The notes under the pieces: generated by a model
The model's input: only the letters and a program-made list of their open reading frames with translations
Told to the model about the DNA's origin: nothing
The model's database searches: none
Part shown: positions 47,001 to 59,000 of the stretch, piece after piece
How positions within the stretch are numbered: position 1 is the first letter of the stretch
Layout: each line of letters starts with the position of its first letter
Program-made: the position numbers and the translations under genes
Source of the DNA: Rebecca billardiae RCC1528
Lineage: Eukaryota; Protista; Haptophyta
DNA length: 64,000 nt
Reading direction: 5' to 3'
Assembly: GCA_965240325.2 (NCBI GenBank)
Contig: OZ251238.1
Coordinates: 1 to 64,000 of the forward strand

Positions 47001-50000
47001 GCTGGTCGGCGGCTCCGACCAGAGCTTCTCGTGCGGCTCGCCGGGCGCGACGACGGGCGTGGGCGAGTGCTCGGCCACCGTGAGCGCGGGCTGGTTCAGC
47101 ACGGCCGCAGCGGGCAGTGTCGACGTGCTCGTCGAGTTCAACTACGGCGGCGGCACCGTCGGCTCGTGCTCTCGTGCGGGCGCGGTTACGCTCGCCGAGA
47201 GCCCGACCGCGTACACACTCCCGTCGGTCGGCCTGCTGGGCCAGATGGCGCAGTCGCCCGTGTTTGCGGGCGACAGCTTCGAGCTGGTGATGTACGCGCA
47301 CACGGGCGGCGTCGCGCTCATCACCTGGCAGATCAACATTGCGTACGACTCGAGCGTGCTCAGCGTCGCCAGCACGTCGGTCGCGAGCACGTACAACTCG
47401 CCGGAGGTGAGCGACAACGCGGCCGGCCTCGTGTCGATCATCGCGACGGGGCTCACCGGTGGCACGACCAACGCGCAGGTGACAGGCACGGCCGTGGAGC
47501 TGATCACGCTGACGATGAGCGTGGCAGGGGGCGCCTCCGCGGGCAGCTACGCCGGCGCCATCTCGGTCGAGATCGAGCAGTATGTGAACGACGCGACGCA
47601 GGTGTACGTGAGCGAGCAGGCGGGCGTGGTTGCCGACGCGGACGATGGCGCGTCAGCGAGCGGCACGCTCGTGGTGGAGACGGTGGCTGTGCAGGGCTGG
47701 CTCGCATACGTCGCCTCGGGCGAGCTGGTCAACACAGCGCCGCTCTCCGGCACCGACGTGACCACCGCGCTCAGCGTGCTTGAGCTGTACAGCCGCGCGG
47801 CCACTTCGTCTGCCACTCAGTCGAGCGGCTACTCGTGCCTCGCGCTCGACTCGAGCGTGCTCAGCACCAGCGCAGGGTCGCCGTGCACGGTGGTGGCGAG
47901 CAGCTCGAGCACGTCGGGCGCCGCGACGGCCCTCGTGAACGTGACGCGCGACTCGAGCGGCGCTGTGGTCGCGAGCGTGCCGCTGCGCGTGTGGCACCCG
48001 CTGTCCGCAGAGATCCGCTTTGGGCATGGCACGCTCTTCGCCATCAAGGGCGCGTCGCAGCCCGGCCAGTGTGGCACGCAGGCGTTCCAGTCGACGACGG
48101 CCAGCCTCGTCGCGTCGTTTGGAGGGTCGGACCTGAGCACGGTGAGCGACGTGGACGTGACGCGCGAGGCGACGCTCGCCTCGGGCGACGCCGGCGTCGC
48201 GAGCATCTCCACGTCCAGCACGACCGGCGTGGCGACGGTGGCGGGCGTGGGCGTCGGCTCGGCTGCTATCAGCGCATCCGGCTCGAGCCCGTCGATCTCG
48301 TCGACGATTGTGGTGTCGGCGGACGTGGAGCGCCGCATCGCATCGCTCCGGCCAGTGGCATTCAACTCGATCGCCTTCGTCGACTCGCCGTCGACGCTGA
48401 GTGTGGGCGCGACGAGCGGCTTCGATGCGTCGGCTGCTCTCGGGCAGACGCTCACAGCCGAAGGGCAGACGGTGAGCGTGTACACGTACGCGTACCTCGG
48501 CGACGGCTCGTACGAGCTCGTGCCGTCGACGGAGGTCACGCTGACGAGCCGCACGTCGAGTCTCACCGTCGCTGCACCCGGCGACGCATCGTCGCCGTGG
48601 ACGGCTACAGTGGCCACGTTTGCCACGTCGCAGGAGGGCCTGCTCCTCGACGCGAGCTGGATCGACTCGTGCAGCGCCGTGCTGGCAACGGGCCGCGCAC
48701 GCGTGGATCTGGAGTTGCCCAACGCGGTGAGCGTGGCAGTGAGCGCATCGGCCGACGAGGTGACAGTGCCGGGCGACCCTGCCGCAGAGCCGCCGACGTC
48801 GCTGCCCACGTCGCTCACCGTCACGATCACGGTCACGTTTGAAGACGAGTCGCAGGTGGACTTCACCACCGACCCGCGCACCAACATCACACTCTCGGTG
48901 CCGTCGTCGTGCGCCACGTTCGACGGCGTGAACCAGGTGACGATGACGAGCGGCGCGACGTGCACTGCTCTCAACGTGACCGTCTTTGTCGACTCGTACC
49001 TCCTGAGCGGCTTCGTCGAGGTGCCGGTCGTGACGGCTGCTGGCGCGTCATTCGAGATCACGCTCGAGGACGACACGCTCGGGCTGATCGGCGCGTCCGC
49101 CACGTTCCAGCGCACGGCCACGACGCCATCGGCCACGCTGAGCGACGGTACGGTGGTCTCTCCTACGCTGCTGGCTGCTGAGATGGTGCTGGCGTCGAAC
49201 GACACGCTCGTTGCGACCACGTCAGGCAGCACTGTCATCGGCGTGGGCGCTGGCGTTGCGCTCATCAACGCGACGTGGGGCACGCTCACAGCGTCAGCCA
49301 CCGTCTACGTCGACGCGACTGCGGTGAAGGTGACGGCGCTGACGCTGGGCCTGGGCGGCTTGACGTCTGGCGCGTCGCTGCTTGCCAGCAACGGCACGTC
49401 GAGCACGCTGAGCGCGCTCGTCACGCTCGAGGACGGCGTGCAGTACACCAACCTGATGTCGCTGGGGTACGTGAGCGTGTCAGAGGTGCTCAGCTTCGAG
49501 AGCGACGACGCGGCCGTGCTCGGCGTCGACCCGAACGGTGGGGTGACAATCGCTGGCAACAGTCGCGACTCGGCAAACACGATCACAGCGACGTCGCTCG
49601 ATGCTGGCGCGGTCGCAGACGCCCTCGACGTGACGGCGAACCTGCAGCCTGGCACGCACGACGTGGACCTCGGCTCGGCGAGCGGACTGCAGCTCCAGCA
49701 GTCGGGCAACTCTCTCACAGTGCCAGTGCGCGTGAACACGGGCGGCAGCTCGGAGTACCTGGTCAACTTCCAGATCGAGCTGGCCATCGACAGCGCTGTC
49801 CTGGTCGCGACGTCGTGCAGCACGCTCTCGTGGGCCGAGTGCACGATCAACGACCCGCTCAACGAGGTCAGGTTTGTGGGCAACACGGCGTCACAAATCA
49901 CCAGCGGCACTGCCGCCTCGATCGGCTCCGTCACGTTCGACGTGCTGTCCTCGGCGAGCACGTCGCTGACGGGAAGCATCGTCGAGCTCGTGACAGTGCA

Positions 50001-53000
50001 GGGTGCGACAGAGACGCGCGTGCAGAACGCCGACATCTTCGCGGGCGCAGGCGGCCTCACGACGACCGTCAGCCGGCGGCGCGCGCTCGCGCTGGCAGCT
50101 GAGTACGTTCCGCCCCTGTTCGTGCCGACCGAGCCGAGCCGGGCGGCGCGCGCGCGGCGGCTGGCGGAGTGCTCGGGCTGCTCCGCTGCCATCGTCGGCG
50201 ACGTGAATGGCGACTGCGCCCTGACCTCATTTGACGTGCGCGTGCTCTCGCAGTTCGTCATCGGCGTGTCCGGGCTGACGACGTGCACATCCGCGCTCGA
50301 CCCGACGCTGGACAACAGCACGGGTGCGCAGGATGTGCAGTACCAGCTGCGCGCGGTCGCGGGCAAGTACCGCTTCCTGACGAGCTACAGCATCACGTCG
50401 GGCGCCATCGGCGTCGGCACGAGCGAGCCGCTCGTTGCGTCCGTCGTCGTGACGAAGGACGACAACACAGTCGCCGACGACAGCCAGACGAGCGTCTTCT
50501 TCGAGATCGGAGTGGCAGCTGCGTCGCACACGCCCGTGTACGTGAACGGCACGGACAACGGCACCTCTGCCGAGGGCTTCTGGGTGGGGCGCGGCGAGTA
50601 CACCAACGGCGTGTTCAGCGTTGGAGTGTACCCGAGCGGCGGGTGGCCGCAGGCGCTCAGCGGGTCGCTGGGTGTTGCTGTGATGATCGAGACGACGGAC
50701 GCGCTGGGGAACGGCGCTGACGACCGCAAGTTCCCGTTCCTCGGCTCGTCCGCGCAGTTCTACGCCGACTTCCTGTACACGTTCAGCCCGCTGCTCTCGA
50801 CAGCGGTGATCGGGCCTCCGCTGCCACCGCCACCGCTGCCGCCGCCGTCGCCGCCGCCTCCGGCGCCACCGCCGAGCCCGCCGCCTCCAGCGCCGCCGCC
50901 CACCCCACCTCCCCTGCCACCGCCTACGCCGCCGCCTTCACCGCCACCTTCGCCGCCTCCATCGCCGCCGCCGCTGCCGCCGGTTCCGCCCCCTTCGCCG
51001 CCGCCGCTGCCGCCGCCATCGCCTCCGCCATCCCCGCCGCCGTCGCCTCCCCCTGCCCCGGCTCCGCCGCCCAGCCCACCGCCCACCCCGCCACCGTCCC
51101 CGCCGCCGCGGCCAGCGCCACCCCCGTCCCCGCCGCCTGCCCCGCCGCCTTCGCCGCCGCCGTCGCAGCCGCCATCGCCGCCGCCGTCGCCACCACCGTC
51201 TCCGCCACCATCTCCGCCGCCAAGCCAGCCGCCCAGCCCACCGCCTAGCCCGCCGCCGTCACCACCACCAGCGCCCTCGCCGCTGCCACCGCCATCTCCG
51301 CCGCCGCGGCCGCCGCCGAGCCCGCCGCCATCGCCACCGCCCTCGCCGCCCCCCTCGCCGCCGCCCTCGCCGCCGCCCTCGCCGCCGCCGAGCCCACCGC
51401 CGTCGCCGCCGCCGTCGCCACCACCAGCGCCGCGGCCGCCGCCAAGCCCGCCGCCATCACCACCGCCCTCGCCGCCGCCGTCGCCGCCGCCCTCGCCGCC
51501 GCCGAGCCCGCCTCCGTCGCCACCGCCGTCGCCGCCACCGGCAGCCTCGCCGCTGCCACCACCGTCTCCGCCACCGTCGCCGCCACCGAGCCCGCCGCCA
51601 TCACCACCGCCCTCGCCGCCGCCCTCGCCGCCGCCCTCTCGGCCGCCCTCGCCGCCGCCGAGCCCGCCGCCATCGCCGCCGCCGAACCCGCCGCCATCGC
51701 CACCGCCTTCGCCGCCGCCCTCTCCGCCGCCGAGCCCGCCTCCGTCGCCACCGCCGTCGCCGCCACCGGCAGCCTCGCCGCTGCCACCACCGTCGCCGCC
51801 GCCATCGCCGCCACCGAGCCCGCCGCCATCACCACCGCCTTCGCCGCCGCCCTCTCCGCCGCCCTCGCCGCCGCCGAGCCCGCCTCCGTCGCCACCGCCA
51901 TCGCCGCCACCAGCAGCCTCGCCGCTGCCGCCGCCGTCGCCGCCGCCATCGCCGCCGCCGAGCCCGCCGCCATCACCGCCGCCCTCCCCGCCGCCCTCGC
52001 CGCCGCCGAGCCCGCCTCCGTCGCCACCGCCGTCGCCGCCGCCCTCTCCGCCGCCGAGCCCGCCTCCGTCGCCACCGCCGTCGCCGCCACCGGCAGCCTC
52101 GCCGCTGCCGCCACCGTCGCCGCCGCCATCGCCGCCGCCGAACCAGCCGCCATCACCACCGCCTTCGCCGCCGCCCTCTCCGCCGCCGAGCCCGCCTCCG
52201 TCGCCACCGCCGTCGCCGCCACCGGCAGCCTCGCCGCTGCCACCACCGTCGCCGCCGCCATCGCCGCCGCCGAGCCAGCCGCCATCACCACCGCCTTCGC
52301 CGCCGCCCTCTCCGCCGCCGAGCCCGCCTCCGTCGCCACCGCCGTCGCCGCCACCGGCAGCCTCGCCGCTGCCACCGCCTTTGCCGCCGCCCTCTCCGCC
52401 GCCGAGCCCGCCTCCGTCGCCACCGCCGTCGCCGCCACCGGCAGCCTCGCCGCTGCCACCACCGTCGCCGCCGCCATCGCCGCCACCGAGCCCGCCGCCA
52501 TCACCACCGCCTTCGCCGCCGCCCTCTCCGCCGCCGAGCCCGCCTCCGTCGCCACCGCCATCGCCGCCACCGGCAGCCTCGCCGCTGCCACCACCGTCCC
52601 CGCCGCCATCGCCGCCGCCGAGCCAGCCGCCATCACCACCGCCTTCGCCGCCGCCCTCTCCGCCGCCGAGCCCGCCTCCGTCGCCACCGCCGTCGCCGCC
52701 ACCGGCAGCCTCGCCGCTGCCACCACCGTCGCCGCCGCCATCACCACCGCCTTCGCCGCCGCCCTCCCCGCCGCCCTCGCCGCCGCCGAGCCCGCCTCCG
52801 TCGCCACCGCCATCGCCGCCACCGGCAGCCTCGCCGCTGCCACCGCCGTCGCCGCCGCCATCGCCGCCGCCGAGCCCGCCGCCATCACCACCGCCTTCGC
52901 CGCCGCCCTCTCCGCCGCCGAGCCCGCCTCCGTCGCCACCGCCGTCGCCGCCACCGGCAGCCTCGCCGCTGCCACCACCGTCGCCGCCGCCATCGCCGCC

Positions 53001-56000
53001 GCCGAGCCCGCCGCCATCACCACCGCCTTCGCCGCCGCCCTCCCCGCCGCCCTCGCCGCCGCCGAGCCCGCCTCCGTCTCCACCGCCATCGCCGCCACCG
53101 GCAGCCTCGCCGCTGCCACCACCGTCGCCGCCGCCATCGCCGCCGCCGAGCCCGCCGCCATCACCACCGCCTTCGCCGCCGCCCTCCCCGCCGCCCTCGC
53201 CGCCGCCGAGCCCGCCTCCGTCGCCACCGCCGTCGCCGCCACCGGCAGCCTCGCCGCTTCCACCACCGTCCCCGCCGCCGTCGCCGCCGCCGAGCCCGCC
53301 GCCATCACCACCGCCTTCGCCTCCTCCGAGCCCACCGCCGCCAGTCCCACCGCCCTCGCCGCCCCCTAGCCCTCCGCCCAGCCCGCCGCCGTCGCCACCG
53401 CCGGCACCGCCACCGCCACCGAGGGCGCAGCCCTTCCCACCGCCGAGCCCACCTGCGCCGCCGCCCAGCCCTCCGCCGAGCCCGCCGCCGCAGCCGCCGC
53501 CGAGCCCGCCCCCGGTGTCACCTCCGCTGCCACCGCCCTCGCCACCGCCCAGCCCACCGCCGCCGGCGCCGCCGCCGTCCCCTCCTCCACAGCCGCCGCC
53601 GAGCCCGCCACCGACGCAGCCGCCGTCCCCGCCACCCTCGCCGCCACCTTCGCCGCCGCCCAGCCCGCCTCCGACGCCACCGCCATCGCCACCACCGTCG
53701 CCGCCACCGGCAGCCTCGCCGCTGCCACCACCGTCTCCGCCGCCGTCGCCGCCGCCGAGCCCGCCGCCATCACCACCGCCTTCGCCGCCGCCCTCCCCGC
53801 CGCCCTCGCTGCCGCCGAGCCCGCCTCCGTCGCCACCGCCGTCGCCGCCACCGGCAGCCTCGCCGCTGCCACCGCCGTCGCCGCCGCCATCGCCGCCGCC
53901 GAGCCCGCCGCCATCACCACCGCCTTCGCCGCCGCCCTCCCCGCCGCCCTCGCCGCCGCCGAGCCCGCCTCCGTCGCCACCACCATCGCCGCCACCGGCA
54001 GCCTCGCCGCTTCCACCACCGTCGCCGCCGCCATCGCCGCCGCCGAGCCCGCCTCCGTCGCCACCGCCATCGCCGCCACCGGCAGCCTCGCCGCTGCCAC
54101 CACCGTCCCCGCCGCCATCGCCGCCGCCGAGCCAGCCGCCATCACCACCGCCTTCGCCGCCGCCCTCTCCGCCGCCGAGCCCGCCTCCGTCGCCACCGGA
54201 TTCGCCGCCACCGGCAGCCTCGCCGCTGCCACCACCGTCGCCGCCGCCATCGCCGCCGCCGAGCCCGCCGCCATCACCACCGCCTTCGCCGCCGCCCTCC
54301 CCGCCGCCCTCGCCGCCGCCGAGCCCGCCTCCGTCTCCACCGCCATCGCCGCCACCGGCAGCCTCGCCGCTGCCACCACCGTCGCCGCCGCCATCGCCGC
54401 CGCCGAGCCCGCCGCCATCACCACCGCCTTCGCCTCCTCCGAGCCCACCGCCGCCAGTCCCACCGCCCTCGCCGCCCCCTAGCCCTCCGCCCAGCCCGCC
54501 GCCGTCGCCACCGCCGGCACCGCCACCGCCACCGAGGGCGCAGCCCTTCCCACCGCCGAGCCCACCTGCGCCGCCGCCCAGCCCTCCGCCGAGCCCGCCG
54601 CCGCAGCCGCCGCCGAGCCCGCCCCCGGTGTCACCTCCGCTGCCACCGCCCTCGCCACCGCCCAGCCCACCGCCGCCGGCGCCGCCGCCGTCCCCTCCTC
54701 CACAGCCGCCGCCGAGCCCGCCACCGACGCAGCCGCCGTCCCCGCCACCCTCGCCGCCACCTTCGCCGCCGCCCAGCCCGCCTCCGACGCCACCGCCATC
54801 GCCACCACCGTCGCCGCCACCGGCAGCCTCGCCGCTGCCACCACCGTCTCCGCCGCCGTCGCCGCCGCCGAGCCCGCCGCCATCACCACCGCCTTCGCCG
54901 CCGCCCTCCCCGCCGCCCTCGCCGCCGCCGAGCCCGCCTCCGTCGCCACCGCCATCGCCGCCACCGGCAGCCTCGCCGCTTCCACCACCGTCGCCGCCGC
55001 CATCGCCGCCGCCGAGCCCGCCGCCATCACCACCGCCCTCGTCGCCGCCCTCTCGGCCGCCCTCGCCGCCGCCGAGCCCGCCTCCGTCGCCACCGCCATC
55101 GCCGCCACCGGCAGCCTCACCGCTGCCACCGCCGTCCCCGCCGCCGTCGCCGCCACCGAGCCCGCCGCCATCACCACCGCCTTCGCCGCCGCCCTCCCCG
55201 CCGCCCTCGCCGCCGCCGAGCCCGCCTCCGTCGCCACCGCCGTCGCCGCCACCGGCAGCCTCGCCGCTGCCACCGCCGTCCCCGCCGCCGTCGCCGCCGC
55301 CGAGCCCGCCGCCATCACCACCGCCTTCGCCTCCTCCGAGCCCACCGCCGCCAGTCCCACCGCCCTCGCCGCCCCCTAGCCCTCCGCCCAGCCCGCCGCC
55401 GTCACCACCGCCGGCACCGCCACCGCCACCGAGGGCGCAGCCCTTCCCACCGCCGAGCCCACCTGCGCCGCCGCCCAGCCCTCCGCCGAGCCCGCCGCCG
55501 CAGCCGCCGCCGAGCCCGCCCCCGGCGTTACCTCCGCTGCCACCGCCCTCGCCACCGCCGAGCCCACCGCCGCCGGCGCCGCCGCCGTCCCCTCCTCCAC
55601 AGCCGCCGCCGAGCCCGCCTCCGTCGCCGCCGCCATCGCCACCACCGTCGCCGCCACCGGCAGCCTCGCCGCTGCCACCACCGTCTCCGCCGCCGTCGCC
55701 GCCGCCGAGCCCGCCGCCATCACCACCGCCTTCGCCGCCGCCCTCTCCGCCGCCCTCGCCGCCGCCGAGCCCGCCTCCGTCGCCACCGCCGTCGCCGCCA
55801 CCGGCAGCCTCGCCGCTGCCACCGCCGTCGCCGCCGCCATCGCCGCCGCCGAGCCCGCCGCCATCACCACCGCCTTCGCCTCCTCCGAGCCCACCGCCGC
55901 CAGTCACACCGCCCTCGCCGCCCCCTAGCCCTCCGCCTAGCCCGCCGCCGTGGCCACCGCCGGCACCGCCACCGCCACCGAGGGCGCAGCCCTTCCCACC

Positions 56001-59000
56001 GCCGAGCCCACCTGCGCCGCCGCCCAGCCCTCCGCCGAGCCCGCCGCCGCAGCCGCCGCCGAGCCCGCCCCCGGTGTCACCTCCGCTGCCACCGCCCTCG
56101 CCACCGCCCAGCCCACCGCCGCCGGCGCCGCCGCCGTCCCCTCCTCCACAGCCGCCGCCGAGCCCGCCACCGACGCAGCCGCCGTCCCCGCCACCCTCGC
56201 CGCCACCTTCGCCGCCGCCCAGCCCGCCTCCGACGCCACCGCCATCGCCACCACCGTCGCCGCCACCGGCAGCCTCGCCGCTGCCACCACCGTCTCCGCC
56301 GCCGTCGCCGCCGCCGAGCCCGCCGCCATCACCACCGCCTTCGCCGCCGCCCTCCCCCGCCGCCCTCGCCGCCGCCGAGCCCGCCTCCGTCGCCACCGCC
56401 ATCGCCGCCACCGGCAGCCTCGCCGCTTCCACCACCGTCGCCGCCGCCATCGCCGCCGCCGAGCCCGCCGCCATCACCACCGCCCTCGTCGCCGCCCTCT
56501 CGGCCGCCCTCGCCGCCGCCGAGCCCGCCTCCGTCGCCACCGCCATCGCCGCCACCGGCAGCCTCACCGCTGCCACCGCCGTCCCCGCCGCCGTCGCCGC
56601 CGCCGAGCCCGCCGCCATCACCACCGCCTTCGCCGCCGCCCCTCCCCGCCGCCCTCGCCGCCGCCGAGCCCGCCTCCGTCGCCACCGCCGTCGCCGCCAC
56701 CGGCAGCCTCGCCGCTGCCACCGCCGTCCCCGCCGCCGTCGCCGCCGCCGAGCCCGCCGCCATCACCACCGCCTTCGCCTCCTCCGAGCCCACCGCCGCC
56801 AGTCCCACCGCCCTCGCCGCCCCCTAGCCCTCCGCCCAGCCCGCCGCCGTCACCACCGCCGGCACCGCCACCGCCACCGAGGGCGCAGCCCTTCCCACCG
56901 CCGAGCCCACCTGCGCCGCCGCCCAGCCCTCCGCCGAGCCCGCCGCCGCAGCCGCCGCCGAGCCCGCCCCCGGCGTTACCTCCGCTGCCACCGCCCTCGC
57001 CACCGCCGAGCCCACCGCCGCCGGCGCCGCCGCCGTCCCCTCCTCCACAGCCGCCGCCGAGCCCGCCTCCGTCGCCGCCGCCATCGCCACCACCGTCGCC
57101 GCCACCGGCAGCCTCGCCGCTGCCACCACCGTCTCCGCCGCCGTCGCCGCCGCCGAGCCCGCCGCCATCACCACCGCCTTCGCCGCCGCCCTCCCCGCCG
57201 CCCTCGCCGCCGCCGAGCCCGCCTCCGTCGCCACCGCCGTCGCCGCCACCGGCAGTCTCGCCGCTGCCACCGCCGTCGCCGCCGCCATCGCCGCCGCCGA
57301 GCCCGCCGCCATCACCACCGCCTTCGCCGCCGCCCTCCCCGCCGCCCTCGCCGCCGCCGAGCCCGCCTCCGTCGCCACCGCCGTCGCCGGCACCGGCAGC
57401 CTCGCCGCTGCCACCGCCGTCATCGCCGCCGCCGAGCCCGCCGCCATCACCACCGCCTTCGCCGCCGCCCTCTCCGCCGCCGAGCCCGCCTCCGTCGCCA
57501 CCGCCGTCGCCGCCACCGGCAGCCTCGCCGCTGCCACCACCGTCGCCGCCGCCATCGCCGCCGCCGAGCCCGCCGCCATCACCACCGCCTTCGCCGCCGC
57601 CCTCCCCGCCGCCCTCGCCGCCGCCGAGCCCGCCTCCGTCTCCACCGCCATCGCCGCCACCGGCAGCCTCGCCGCTGCCACCACCGTCGCCGCCGCCATC
57701 GCCGCCGCCGAGCCCGCCGCCATCACCACCGCCTTCGCCGCCGCCCTCCCCGCCGCCCTCGCCGCCGCCGAGCCCGCCTCCGTCGCCACCGCCGTCGCCG
57801 CCACCGGCAGCCTCGCCGCTTCCACCACCGTCCCCGCCGCCGTCGCCGCCGCCGAGCCCGCCGCCATCACCACCGCCTTCGCCTCCTCCGAGCCCACCGC
57901 CGCCAGTCCCATCGCCCTCGCCGCCCCCTAGCCCTCCGCCCAGCCCGCCGCCGTCGCCACCGCCGGCACCGCCACCGCCACCGAGGGCGCAGCCCTTCCC
58001 ACCGCCGAGCCCACCTGCGCCGCCGCCCAGCCCTCCGCCGAGCCCGCCGCCGCAGCCGCCGCCGAGCCCGCCCCCGGTGTCACCTCCGCTGCCACCGCCC
58101 TCGCCACCGCCCAGCCCACCGCCGCCGGCGCCGCCGCCGTCCCCTCCTCCACAGCCGCCGCCGAGCCCGCCACCGACGCAGCCGCCGTCCCCGCCACCCT
58201 CGCCGCCACCTTCGCCGCCGCCCAGCCCGCCTCCGACGCCACCGCCATCGCCACCACCGTCGCCGCCACCGGCAGCCTCGCCGCTGCCACCACCGTCTCC
58301 GCCGCCGTCGCCGCCGCCGAGCCCGCCGCCATCACCACCGCCTTCGCCGCCGCCCTCTCCGCCGCCCTCGCCGCCGCCGAGCCCGCCTCCGTCGCCACCG
58401 CCGTCGCCGCCACCGGCAGCCTCGCCGCTGCCACCGCCGTCGCCGCCGCCATCGCCGCCGCCGAGCCCGCCGCCATCACCACCGCCTTCGCCGCCGCCCT
58501 CCCCGCCGCCCTCGCTGCCGCCGAGCCCGCCTCCGTCGCCACCGCCGTCGCCGCCACCGGCAGCCTCGCCGCTGCCACCGCCGTCGCCGCCGCCATCGCC
58601 GCCGCCGAGCCCGCCGCCATCACCACCGCCTTCGCCGCCGCCCTCCCCGCCGCCCTCGCCGCCGCCGAGCCCGCCTCCGTCGCCACCACCATCGCCGCCA
58701 CCGGCAGCCTCGCCGCTTCCACCACCGTCGCCGCCGCCATCGCCGCCGCCGAGCCCGCCTCCGTCGCCACCGCCATCGCCGCCACCGGCAGCCTCGCCGC
58801 TGCCACCACCGTCCCCGCCGCCATCGCCGCCGCCGAGCCAGCCGCCATCACCACCGCCTTCGCCGCCGCCCTCTCCGCCGCCGAGCCCGCCTCCGTCGCC
58901 ACCGCCGTCGCCGCCACCGGCAGCCTCGCCGCTGCCACCACCGTCGCCGCCGCCATCGCCGCCGCCGAGCCCGCCGCCATCACCACCGCCTTCGCCGCCG

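Noticed and set aside
50760-56624. 1954-aa poly-Gly ORF and the many Ala-rich minus-strand ORFs from 38867 to 63798
   Set aside because: They are antisense shadows of the Pro/Ser codons. The plus frame carries the signal-like segment and the recognisable globular domains.
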